A DNA stretch of 64,000 bases from the human T2T-CHM13v2.0 reference genome, Homo sapiens, in assembly GCF_009914755.1 (NCBI RefSeq), contig NC_060933.1. One strand, 5' to 3'. Positions 45,181 through 60,669 of this stretch are shown here, one piece after another; position 1 is the stretch's first letter; each line of letters starts with the position of its first letter. The notes under the pieces were generated by a model. It saw only the letters and a program-made list of their open reading frames with translations, searched no databases and was not told the origin of the DNA. A program made the translations under genes and the position numbers.

Positions 45181-47125
45181 AAATAAAATTGATACTTTCT
45201 TAAGAAATTTAACCCTATATGGGAAGAAGAAGGGGGGTAACTTGATGAATTAGCAAGGTAGGGTGCAGTTTTGTTTGTTAGAATAGATTAATTTTGCCAT
45301 TTTTATGAACACAGGATATTATTTTGGTTTTAGAAAATGAAGTGGAAGTCTTATAGGAAGCTGGAGGTTCTGCAGAAGGGATCCTCCTGGTAGCACAGAT
45401 TTTGACAAACCTACTCCTGCCCTGCCCCTGTTAAAACTGAAGTTCTGAAGAGTTTCATCTCCTGAGGGAGGAAGAGTGATAAGTGCCCAGACCCTTTTTA
45501 TGGTCACGTTTTGGGGGAGGTAGGATGGGTGCAGCAGCATGCTGATGGCATGTCTGACTGTCACAGATATTCTTAGGTGGATTTTGTTTACTAGAGTTTT
45601 TTCAAAGCTAAATGTTTGGGAGACTGTGTGTGATGGGAACACCAGCTTCCTGCCATGAGGTAGCTTGGGCTTCTCAAGTCTTTGGTGACAAGTGTGTTCT
45701 GGAGTAGTTTTATGCAATGTCTCATGCAGGGTCTTCATGTTGGAAGCATATGACTGCTCTGCCGTGGCACATATGGAGGCCAGCACGTGGGGGTGGTCTG
45801 CACTAAAGATAAATGTGTCCTTATTCACCATCTTACCCAGAACTAACCCAGTTTACATCTGGTGGAGTCATAGCAGATACACATATTTTTATCTGGAATT
45901 TTGACTTACAAAGTGCTTTAACATGCACCCACTTTGCAAACTGATGGTAGGTAACGTTTTTTCTTGTCTGAGATGCAGTTTAGTACAATAGTACATTCTC
46001 ATATTCCCTAACTAACCTCTTCTCACACCCAGCATCTGTCTCAGCTTCTGCATTTCTTGTTCCTGATGCTGTTTCCACAGTCGTTCTACATGAACAAGTT
46101 TTCTCAAACAGTACTTGCATCTTAATCTCTTTCTCATGAGAATTCCACAGGTAAAGCTTAAGACCCATTTTTTTTCCTAGCCTATTTCATTAGACTTTAC
46201 TAGTAAGTCTAGCTCGTATTAGTCTCCCCTTTTTCTGAATGCTTTTTGTTTGCCTCTCATTTTGTCATATAATGACAAACTTCATTAAGGTCTCTAGAGT
46301 AGATTATTGTAAGCTTTAACTCTTGCCATGAATGCTATGGCAGTAGGAAGCACGTCTAATGCTTTTCAAGACATCTGCTCATACAGACTCATGAAGTGAC
46401 CCTGATGGGCCATCAGCCCCTGAGTGGGAGTTGTGTGCCAGACCTTGGCCTCCACAGTGGGGCCAGTCTCAGCTGTCCCCTCTTGGAAATAGCTGAAGGC
46501 AACAACTCTTGATATGCATTCCCATTAAGTCCCGTCCTTGAACGGGACATGGCTGTGCTCTTGAGTGCTCCTTCATTAGAAGTATTAAAGAAATAAAATA
46601 CTCAGCAAAGAATTATAAATTTTAAAAAGACTTTATCCACTTTTTTCTTAGGCAGTTTTAAACCCAAATTGCTAAAAAGCAAATAAAGCATTATCTTTAA
46701 AAGGTCTAGATTAGAGATTTCACAAGCTTTCTATAACTCATTTCATTGTTCTAGACATGCAGCTTATTTTGTTATCATGGAGTTTTACTGAAAAGTACAG
46801 TCTCAACCTGCTAGCACCCTGAGATAGAACTGCATGTGATGTCCATTCTCTCTGAAGGGAATTAAAATTAAATGCTTTGATTTAACTGGGGAAGAGAAGG
46901 AAATGTTCTATGGACAACATTCCCTTAGTTTTCCTTTGATTTTCTTAATTTTAAAAATAAGTTTGGATGTACTTTGGGGTTTGCTGTACTTTCCACCTAA
47001 AAACTTAAATGAAAAAAACTTATACACTCAGATTATTTTTGAAATTTCAATGAGACTTTTTCCATCCTTTAAATTGTCAGAATAGCATTACTATTCTTCA
47101 AAACAAAATCGACTTATATTCTTAC

Positions 47126-47244
47126 CTAAATCTGAGCAATGTACAACTCGTGAATAGCACTGACATCCAAATGGACACATTGGAAACAGATCAAATGGAA
47201 AAAAATGGCTTCTTGGCTCTCTTGTTGGAAAAAGAGAGTTGTCC

Positions 47245-47285
<41 letters not shown>

Positions 47286-47396
47286 TGTGTCTTCCATATC
47301 CTTCAGCATCATATTCTTCAGTGCGATGTGTGAAGGGCTAAAGAAGGGTTTGGCAGAGCACAAAGCCAGGAATAATAGGAGCACATACTCCTTCAT
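47126..47396 (-). CDS. ASPN: ASPN exon 2 coding part (exon starts at 47426): signal peptide, propeptide, D13 tract, N-terminal Cys cluster
   Basis: MKEYVLLLFLALCSAKPF...EDT(D)13EDNS...CPFGCQCYSRVVHCSDL; Kozak ACCATG; acceptor tgtttAG at 47428-47427; donor G|GTAAGA; 271 nt, ends phase 1. Confidence 0.98.
47247..47285 (-). repeat. ASPN: (GAT)13 coding microsatellite, ASPN D-repeat, D13 allele
   Basis: 39 nt of perfect ATC on +, counted directly. Confidence 0.97.
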
Positions 47397-50300
47397 GGTG
47401 TCTTAGTGTAGAAGACCAGTCTAGGACTAAACAGACATGGGATATTAAATTTAAATGGATATAATTCCTGCATATATACATTTCTCAGTTCTGGCAAGAG
47501 TGCAATGAAATGGCATTTTAATCCATTGCTTAGCTAATCTGAGAGTAAATTTATAAAGATTTTTGGAAAGCAATTCAGCAATGTGCATTGGGAACTCTAA
47601 AAATATCTCTTTTTCAGATAGTAATTCTACTTTTTAAAATCTAGTCTCAGGAAACATTTCTAAAGTGCACAAAGATGTTCATCACAGAATTATAATAGCA
47701 GAAATATTTGAGACAATTATATAATGGTTAAAGGGGAATAGTAAAATAAAAGAGTATATTTATTCCATGAAATATTTTGGAACCCACAAAATGCTTGCAA
47801 AGACACTTTTAAATATGGGATATTATCTTTTGTGAAATAAAAAAAAGCAAATATAAAAAATCCATAAACTGTATACTTACAAACACTCATAAACAAACAA
47901 AAACAAACCTGGCAGGAATATACCTGATTGATGATAAACTCTGGGCACTAGAACCATAGATGACTTGTGTTTTCCTTTTTCCTTTAACTTTCATAATGAG
48001 CAATGAGTATTACCTTTATAATGAAAAAGCTAATAAACATCGTAAAAACAGAAACAGATTATCTTACCTAACTCTGTATTCCCAAAATCTTTCTATTGCC
48101 TTAATGTATTCAGTGTCCCTGAAGGAGGAATATCTTCATTGTCTCCTTAGACAACATCTGGAATTTTTCCTTAACTGATTTCTCTCCACCTTTCCCAACC
48201 TCACTCTCATAGTTGGTCACTTTTTCCACAATTGGTATCTTTTTCCTTCTAATCTGTTCCATTGTCTAATATTTGATCCAAACTGTCTGATGTCCAGACT
48301 ATTCTTTCTTACTCATCTTTCCACTGAGTTCGGTTTGCTTGTTTTGTTTTTGGGGGGCCAGGTTGTTTTCAGTTGCATTTTTAAAATGCACACAAAACAG
48401 AACTATACAAATGAGAACCTTCAGAGCATAGATTTATTGCCATATTTACATATCCTAATTTTTAAATTATTACCTGTGAAATGTGTATATTCTTTGAAAA
48501 TTTCAAAAATTAAAAACATTATGAAATTATTCAAAATAGATGCATCCTAGAGATGCTCACTGGTGAAACTGAGTCCTGGCAGGAGGGCATCCACTCACCA
48601 CCACAGCAGAGGGCTCCGCAGACCCTAATAGTCCACCAGGCTACAGTCACCTAAATAGTCCTCCAGGCCTGCCATTGCCCGAGTGCCAGAGAGCAGCTGA
48701 GCTGCAAAAGACTTCTATAGTCAGCCAGGATTGGCCCAGCCTCGGGAAGACCTACCCCTCCAAATCCCAACTGGTTGCAATTTCCCAGAACCAAAAAATC
48801 AGCTTTAACATCTCTCCATGGGCCTGCTTTTTCCTGGATTTAAAAATCAAGAATGAATTCATTAACTTAATAAATATCTTCATTTATATATGGTATGTCT
48901 TTTTTAATCACCAGACGAGGGCTAGAATGTCCTACTGTCATTAGTTATTAACCTGATAATTACTTTATTTAATTTCTCATATGCTCCAAAAATCTAAATG
49001 GTGGCATGAACATTTGCCCACTGGGTAGCTGGATGGCACTGGTCAGGTATGTGTGATATTCCTGTGATAATCCACACTAACTTATGCTAGGAAGGAGGTT
49101 ACAGGACAGATCTGAGAATGGCAAGAGTTTTTTATATTTTAATAATCCTATGCTGATTCCAATTTCAAAACTAGCCCTAGCCTCCCATCTGTACACTACT
49201 TTGTGGAGGTGTTAATTCAGATGTTATTCTAGACTCATCCCTCATAGGAAATGAGGCGTAAAGAGCTTAAGTGACTTGCCCAAAGTCACCTACCAAATAT
49301 AAATGGAGCCAGAGCTAGGGCTCATGTGTCCCAACTCCCTGTTCTGTGCTGCCTTCTGCTCCAGCTCATGTGGGGGGACTCAGTTGTTTTATCCAGAAAT
49401 CTCGTGGCTTCATGGGCATACTCTGTCATTTTTTCTTATCTAACCAGTATACAAATTACTGTTCTGTACACATCTGTACATAAAGAAGCACCTGTGTAGC
49501 TTGGATTGGAAGGTAGAGAACAGAATGATTGTGTGATCAGATTTGTGTAGTACTGGGTGAGAGATTGTGCTGGCAACACAGGGTTCAGTGGCTTCTTTTG
49601 GAGAGCCCCAGGTGGAAATCACCAACTGTGGCTGACTACTGTTCTGTAGCAGGCATGGGGTGTCCCTGCTGGCAGGCAGGTTGATGTTTCGTATTCCAGT
49701 CATCCTGTGAATGCTGTATGGGGTCCTGGTAAAGGTTACTGGGGGCTTCCTTCTCAATATCACTTTGTCCCTGGCACATTGTCTCTGTGCCTTTGCTGTC
49801 TGTCTAACTTTGACTCATTATGTGTTTTGACTTAGGGCTGTTGTGTGGCTCCTGACTCCTTAAGGTTTAGTGCCCAGCTTTGCCTCAACCTTCAAAATAC
49901 TCATTCCCTAGAAAATTCAGCTCTTGGTCCTTAGCTAAATCAAAGTTGGCCCCTGATTCCAGTTTATTCTGTAACATTCTTGCATTACAGCTCTGTCTTC
50001 TAGGTGCATAGCTGCCCTTGACCTTGTCTGACCTTGGCAACAAGGAGCTATAGAATTATAATGTCATTTAAGGTCCTGTTTCTGGCTTTCTTTGAGGTTG
50101 CTGGAGTTATTCAGTGGGCATTTACCAAGCACCCACTGTACCCCATGCAGTGTCACTCGTCAGAATGCTGAATTTCTTAAAGTAGAGCACACCTTCCTCC
50201 CCATCCTCTTCTCTCCCACACTTCCCTACTCAAAAATAAAAAACCCGCAACTCCTAATCAACTACTGTCAGGTAATACGAGATCGTAAAGTTAACACTTG

Positions 50301-50926
50301 AATGTCAGGTACATTAATAGAAAAACTAAAAAATAAAATGCCTGGATTAGTAAATAGACAATGTAAACTGTATATACTGTGACTTATGGGGTAGGAACAG
50401 GGGTGTAGGGCTTTAACACTAGATGTGTGGTACCCAGAGCTTTGAAAGTAAAATTCTTCACCGTGTCTGTCTACGCATAACCCTCAGTTTACTGTTTGAG
50501 ACCAATAGAACTAAAGACATTTATAAAAACATATATTCACATGAAAAAAAGATTGAAATAGAATGTACAAACCTGGTAAGAGGGATAATGGGATTATAAG
50601 CAAAGCATTTTTTTTTTCTTCCCATGCATAGTTTCTTAATTATGTTGCTTTTAAAATATTTTAAATGTCAGTCCGCCAACAGAATTTTCTTTGCTTTATT
50701 TCTGCATATACTGCTGTCTTTTCCTACCACTTTTGGTAGGAATTGGTGTAATCAAAGGTTTCTCATACACACTATTCTCATCTATTTCTACCCAAAAGTC
50801 AAACAATAGCACCTACTTGGGAAATTGTTTTGGGGTTCACAATTTCTTGAGGCTTAATCCTATTTGTTCTGGTCAATGGGAAATGAAGATTTTGACAAGG
50901 TTATTTTTTAAGTTGGTTGATTGTGC

Positions 50927-51246
50927 TTTTTTGTTTGTTTTTTTGGGGTTTTTTGTTTGTTTGTTTGTTCGAGATGGAGTCTCACTTTGTCGCCCAGGCT
51001 GGAGTACAGTTGCGCCATCTTGGCTCACTGCAACCTCCACGTCCCAGGTTCAAGTGATCCTCCCACCTCAGCCTTCAAGTAGCTGGGATTACAGGCATGT
51101 GCCATCATGCCTGGCTAATTTTTTATATTTTTGTAGAGATGGGGTTTCACCATGTTGGCCAGGCAGGTCTTGAACTCCTGACCTTAAGCGATCCACCCAT
51201 CTCGGCCTCCCAAAGTGTGCCACTGTGTGAGCCACTGCACCCAGCC
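50927..51246 (-). mobile_element. Alu in ASPN intron 1
   Basis: Alu consensus. Confidence 0.9.
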
Positions 51247-54200
51247 TGAATGTTTTAGTTTAAGTTTTTTCCCATAGAATCTTTGAACCAAATGGGCTTT
51301 AGATTCCCAGTCTGGACCGGAAAAACCTATTTAACAGATAATATATCCAAAATGTAGAAACAAAAAAACTATGGAACTTAAAAAAAAAAAGTAAAACACC
51401 AGGAATGTGTTAGAGATCCAAAGTGGGGTGCCAAGAACACATCGTGGTGTTCCTTGTGGCCTGGCAGCGGGAGCAAGGACTGGCCTCAGCTCCTTTGCAC
51501 ACCACGTAATGGTTTCCCAGATGCCTTCAGCCTCGTGCCACCGTCAAGAGAGGCTTCCCCAGTACTGAGCTGAGGTTCGAGATGAGGAACTGGATCAGGT
51601 ATGAGGAGCAGAACTGAGAGTTGAGAGGAGAAGGAGAAGGCACACAGGGCAGGGAAGGCAGGGAGCAGAACAGTAGTGGTCCTGCTTTTTTCCACATCCC
51701 TGCCTCAGGGCTGCTGACCAGTCCCCCAGTGGCATCAGGAGAAGCATCAGCCGGGGCCCCTTCCTTTGTCTCTCCTCTTTCTGAGACTGATAAGTTACAG
51801 GAGACCCTCCCTGCCTTTAATCAAAACTGCGGTAAAATTAAAATATGAAATGGAGACTTCTGCCTGCAAGTTTTAGGCAGTAGCATTATCTTTAGCTGTT
51901 GGGAAGCATTCCAGTTGCTGAGCAGTGGAGGCAGCCACTTTTATATAGTAGTTAGGCCCTTTCCTGGAGAATAAGAGATGAAGACCTTTGAAACAGGAGT
52001 TCCTCCTGGTGGTGAAGGTTCCAGAACATTCTGGAACAGGGAGCATATCCACCCTGCTTGAATAGCTCCAGGGAGAGGATACTACCTCAAGGCAGCATCT
52101 TCCACAGTTGTCCATCCATGGCTGTTAGGAAAGTCTTTATATGGAAACTCAAAAATGCCTTCTGGAAAATTCATTTCTCTCTGCTAGTTCTGTCTTCTGT
52201 TAGCCTTTTACAATTAATCTAATCTTTTGCATTTGTGTATCCTGGTTGCTTGCAAAGAAAAAAGTCAGGCCAACCTTGATACCATGAGGAATTCATTATT
52301 TACACTCTTTACCTGAGTCTCTTGCTGGGTCTCTTCCACTGCTTTGTTAATAAGTACAATCAAGTATAGGTCCTAAACCTCCCCCAGTTCAGTGTGCAAC
52401 TGTTTACCAATAGGAAAATAATGGAATGTCTAGGAGAGAACCCTAGATAGCAGTATTTTTTTCTTATTATTCAGAAAGAATGTAGAGAATATTATATGTC
52501 ATTTAAAATGATATGACTTTTGGCTGTTTTATTTTGAGTTTATTAATGAGGTACAACCTCTGTTTTATTAGTTTTGGCAGTATTCAGGTTACTCTATTTT
52601 TAAACCCTTTAAAAATATTAAATCTTCTTCTCAGGAATACTCAATATTTCCCTGATTTAGACCAGTTTTGCCAGTGTTTTCCACTCATGGAAAGCTTTGG
52701 ATTTTGGTTTCAAGTCTCTCTTAATCAGAGTAGTGTTTGGAGTATTCTTCCAGTGCTACTGCTATTACTAATAAATCATAGTAGCCTAGAGCTAAGAGAG
52801 GTCTTTGAGACTTTCCCCCCATGGCCCTCTTTTACTGAGAAAAAGCAGAGGCAGTGAGCGTCCAGAACTGGCTGGAGGTGGTGGAGCTGAGGGCTGGCTT
52901 CCTCACTGCTTGTTGGTTGTGCTTTGCACTAGACTGCATGTCCTCCTAAATGGATTTTAATCTCATAGTTACTTCCAGACAGTAAACAGACTTTCCTCTG
53001 GAAAAGCCTAGGTAAGGAGGTTTGGCCAAGTTCTTAAAAGAGTTCATAACATATGGACTGGAAATAAAGCTTAAGAAGCACATAAGCTTTCTTGTTTCCA
53101 TTTAACTGGTCTACAAACTTAGAAAGTTTATCTAAGTGAAATGGTATTTCCTCTCAGACACTATTATTAGGTAAATAAGTCACTGTGCTTTTAAATCCCA
53201 TGTTTAAAGGCCCGCTTGGCAACTTTTCCCCTGGGTTTAAACATGCCTATCAGTTCACAGGTACCAGTAGCAGATTTCAGCATATAAATGTGATATAACA
53301 TACTCCATATATTTCACCGAAGGAATCCAAACCAAATTCAGATGTAATCAAGGCATAGTCTTGTAAGCTAACAAATGAGTTAAAAGTCCAACATGCATTT
53401 GGAAACTTATTCACAGTACCATTTGTTCATGGATACTGATAAAGATAGCACTTTCCTTAAAAAGTAGTTAATTTTACCTTAGAAGTATAACTAGCATTCT
53501 GACAAAGCATTCTAGCTGTTCTTCCTTTTATACTAATTTTGCCCTTCATTAATTTCTCCACATGTCTAGCAATCAAGCTACTGTCTTAAAAAACAAAATC
53601 TACTGCCTCTCCATTTTTATGATGTTTCCCACAGTGCCTCAAGACTTGTGCTTGTAAAGTTAATTGTTTTTGTCTCAAACCTCAGATCAGTTATCAGAAT
53701 ATTTGTTTTTAATTGAGTAGTTAGTTGTAACAGAAGACTATATATCCTCTGTTCTTTCCACTACTGCACTATACTCCTTAATGCCAAAAAACAAACTAAA
53801 AACATCAGGATCCTTTTATGTGTGTGGGCTTGTGCTCGATTTTTCTTTCTTTTTTCATTTCTTTCTTTTAACAGCTTGATTCTTGGATTTAAACAACTTT
53901 ATTTTTAGGGAAATACAACCCCCTCAGGTTCTTTATGACTCAGTCCCTACACCATGTGGCCACTGTTTCCTGGGTGCCACACCTCTGAATAGATTAACAT
54001 GAAAGAATGCTGTGCGCTATTTAGATTACTAGGGAGTAGAATATTGAATACATTGCTTAAATTTTTTAATCTAAAATTTAATCAGAAATTTACTTTGGGA
54101 GTAGACAAAGGAAATCTTTGAAAGTGTTAAATTCTGACTGTATACATGCTGTGAAAATTTCCTAATCTTTCATATTGAATATAGTGCTAGCTAAACTATT

Positions 54201-54791
54201 GCTGATAAGTATTCTTTCTTGGAATTGAATAGATTTCCATTTGAACTTTTCAGTGCCATTTCATTATAATAAGGAAGACATTTATCAAGGAAAAAAATGA
54301 ATATTCAAATGTATAAGTAAAATTGACATTTCAGTAATTCACACATTTTAAATACACATTAGAAAATATTTTAAATATTGAAAAATATATTTACTGTTTC
54401 ATTTAATATAGCTGTGATATCCCCAAACTTCATGATCATTATTATAGCAATGTTATTTTCCTAGATAAACATACAAGATGTTTATTTAGATGACTTTTAA
54501 AATCAATCATGTTAACATTTATGGTAAGGCATAATGACAGGTTTTCACTTAGCTGAAAAAAAAAGTCACATAATTATATTTAAAATACATTCATTATAGG
54601 TAAGACATAAAACTAGAATAATTTTAGGTACAAATTTAGGTTTGTATTTAAATGCTGATTTTTAAGAAATTATAGAGATAAACTTTGGACTTTATCCTAT
54701 TATTTATAAGCATTTATTAATAACATTAATGTCTCCTTAGTATTGACTGTAAAGTATACATCGATACTTGTAAGATAGACATGAAACATAC

Positions 54792-55010
54792 CTGTCAGAA
54801 GAGAGTAGTCCTCCTAAAAGTAGAAGTTATCCACCATGTACTACTTATCTATAATGTAAATGTTCTCAGACACTGTGTAAGAAGAAAAGATGAGGAGGTA
54901 TTACATTTAAAAGAAAAAAAACACCCTTCAACACAGTCCTGGTGTGGCTGCACCCTGGGTGATACTGGAATAAACTGCTCCCACAGATTAGTCCATGTTA
55001 GTACTGAGGA
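54792..55010 (-). other. ASPN: ASPN exon 1 (5' UTR, non-coding); 5' boundary uncertain
   Basis: Strong donor GACAG|GTATGT (GT at 54791-54790). Joining to exon 2 gives ...ttctgacag-tcctagactgg...gacaccATG, matching my recollection of the ASPN mRNA leader. Confidence 0.75.
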
Positions 55011-55084
55011 GCAAGATTAAAACTTGTTACTGCTCATGTGTTTTCCATCACTGTTTGTATCGTAGCCAAGACTTCTAGCTAAAC

Positions 55085-55097
55085 TCTAGACGTCTAC
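55085..55097. promoter_or_regulatory. Palindromic Smad-box/CRE-like element near the ASPN 5' end
   Basis: TAGACGTCTA palindrome at 55087-55096. Confidence 0.35.
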
Positions 55098-55707
55098 TGG
55101 AAGATTCTGAAGAAGAAAAAAAAAGAAAGTTTAATAATGCATGGCAACTGGCCATTGAAAGTGCAGTCGGAGTCATTCAAGAAATACCTAGTTTTAAAAA
55201 TATTAGATTCTTAAGTGAATGAATATTTGTAAATTACAATTTCAAAAATTACTCAACCTGTATAGACTAATAAAATATTTATCAATCTGAATAAAGGATA
55301 CCAACATTACTGAAGTATATACCCAAACTTCAGATGTACCTGAGAAAGAACCATACTTTTTTTTTCTTCTAATGACTGTAGCTATTGCATTATGCATACT
55401 TCTCCAGACTTTTTTTTTTTTTTAAGCTTTTAGCACTGCTATAGCATGTCAGGGAAACTATGGATGAGGCTCCATGAACTGCTCCCTGGACTCAACATAT
55501 GTGATATAACACAGACACACATGCATGTCCAAGTAACACCCTCTTAGGATGCATACAACTTTCCCTTTTCAAGAGAATATTAGCTATGGCCTCACTGACA
55601 TTTAGGGAGACTTAGAGCAGGGAAGATGCTATTTCCTGAAAATAAATCATTATTTGTACCCCCTTTCCACTCATCCCCAAGAGACTGCCCAATTCTACAT
55701 CAACTAA

Positions 55708-56026
<319 letters not shown>

Positions 56027-58195
56027 TGAGAGGACAGTTTTCTAACCCTAGTGGCAAGGACTTACTGTTGTAAGTGACCCCAATGGTTCTTCCCAACTGT
56101 TGTATAGATTTGGAGGCCAGCAAAGAGCTTTTCCAGTGGGTTAGAAGACCTGTTCTCTACTGTCATCAAGAGTCTGACCATCGTTTGTTCCCTCTCTCCA
56201 GAGAAATGGCACACATTGTGTTAAGCAAGGCAGCTACAGTCCTAAAGAATACATGTGCCTCAGATGTGCATAGCAGCTGGCTATGTGTTCATCCTCCCCT
56301 CACTTAAATAAAGTACTCCTCCTTGGACCTCTAGGCTGACAGTTCCAGGCAGCTCGGTAGTCCCATTAGTGGCCCTCTGTAACTCAGGCCCCATCCTAGC
56401 CCTGCAGCACCTTAGGGAATGACGGCCCTCCTGTTTGGTTTAGAATGCTCATATTCTCATTTATTCAAGTATATTTCAGTTGCAAATGTATCTGTTAACT
56501 GGATGAATTGGGAACATAATGAAAATATGAACTGGATTTTTAAAATCTTTGTATCCAGAGCATCTAGTGTTTGCCTAAATTCCTTCAGAACACAGTCATA
56601 AACAGGAAGCCCTTGGGTCAAATTCAGTTTGTCCTGCACAATGTTTTGTTTCTGAACTGTTTATTGAAGTGTATGTTACCAAAAAAAAACATATCATAAT
56701 GGTACAACTCAATTAATTTTTACAAAATGACCCCAATCAAGAAATCCCAGCCTCACACTCCATTCTCATACATCCAGAATCCCTCCTCTTACTCCTCAAG
56801 TCACAGCCTGAGTTCAGCACCATAGGTTATTTCCTGAACTTTATATAAATGGAATCATACTGTGCATTCTCTTTTGCATCTGGCTTTTTTCATTCAGTGA
56901 CATGCTTTTGAGATCCATTCGTGTCATTGTGATACACAGTAGTTCATTCTTGTCACTGTATAGTATTCTCATACATGAATAAGCCACAAATTGTTTATAT
57001 ATTCAACTAGATTAATTACCTTTTGGAGAGGTACTATGAACGTTCCTCAGTCTGTCATTTGGGGGTCATGTGTATGTATTTTTGTTAGGTGAAATTGCTG
57101 TATTTAAAAATAAGATTTCAACTTCTCTTTAAAAATTAGGCTTTCCCAGTCTGTGATTTCTGGTTTTGCATGGCAACTGTTGTCTCTGGGACTTGTGTTT
57201 TTCTCTTCTATACTCACAGGATGTTGTCCACGTCACCCACCCAAGGCACTCCTCAGTCGAGTTGCCTGCATGGCCTTTCTGGGTGCAGTTTTGCCTCCCA
57301 TATCTAGAGAGTTGAGAGGCAGTTCCTGTAAGATTGTGTTTCTAAAGATATGTTACAGCTACTTTTCCTTCTCCCCACTGTGAGACTTAAGCTAGTCTTC
57401 CTCTGATATTTTGCTTCGATCTTTGGTCAGAGGGCCTAGGGAAAGAAATAGGCCCTGGAATAAGATGCTGGGGTTAGGGGTAGTATATTTGGCTTATTCA
57501 CTCTGTTCTGCAGATAATGTGGTAAAGGTGCAGGCCTCAGGCACAACCCTCCACCATCTTGGGGCTGTGACATGGAAAGCTTTGCCTCACATTTGCCAGA
57601 GATGGTGCAGCAGGCACGAACGTGCCATCTGGGAAGAAACTGGAGTTTATCTCCACCCTTTTCCAGGTTATCATTCCAAATGAAACAGTGTACCTCTTCT
57701 TCCCTCAAGTATTGTGAAGAGAAAAATCTTCCATTTTTGTTTCCTAAAGGGGTCCTATGGAGGGGACCTAGTTCTTTTCTCCATGCTTTTTAAATTGTTT
57801 TATTTTTGCCTCATTGAGCCTTAGTCTAAATATTGAAGAACTAGTTGCATTATAACAGTATATTTAGGAATCACAAGTAATTTACATGTTGCAAACACAA
57901 AGATAAATTACAAAATTGAAAAAGTAATATTCTCAGTACTGACAGTTTATGAATAAAAATATTGATTGCCATAAAAGGAACTTTAATGCAAATTTATTTT
58001 CCTTTGGCCTTATATATGCTAACCATCGTGAAAATAAAAATAAATTGCCTAATCTAAGCTCTCGTATGATTTCTCACACCCTTTCTAGAACTTCTCCTGG
58101 TCTAGACATGGACAACAGTGGTCAAAGTCCAAACACAAATAAGAACAGGGGAGGACCTTGGAAACTGTCTCATGCAAATAAAAGATTGATTGATT

Positions 58196-60348
<2,153 letters not shown>

Positions 60349-60379
60349 ATATAAAACCATTAAGTGAAAGTTTGCTCGA

Positions 60380-60669
60380 TAGCAAGAAACTGTACTTTGA
60401 GTACCCATACAACCATTGTGTTTTTCACTTTCAGTACAGCATTCAGTAAATTACTTGAGCTAGTCAGCACTTTATTATAAAATCAGCTTTGTGTTAGATG
60501 ATTTTGCCAACTGAAGAATAATATAGTATTCTGAGCACATGTATCTAGCTTAGGCCGAGCTATGACATTAGATAAAGTTTAGATGTATTAAATGCGTTTT
60601 GACCTATGATATTTTCAACTTACGGTGGGTTTATCAGGGTGTAACCCATCATAAGTCAGGGAACATCTG
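60380..60669 (-). mobile_element. MER47/Tigger5-like element
   Basis: Terminus caacttacggtgggtttatcagggtgtaacccatcataagtcagggaacatctg followed by TA. Confidence 0.65.

Noticed and set aside
45319-45831. 170-aa minus-strand ORF in ASPN intron 2
   Set aside because: No recognisable domain or splice context, non-ATG start, length compatible with chance.
46529-46548. Hairpin gtcccgt-N6-acgggac
   Set aside because: A 7-bp stem is too short to suggest a miRNA or structured RNA.
47150-47341. Plus-strand poly-His ORF
   Set aside because: Antisense reading of the ASPN (GAT)13 repeat.
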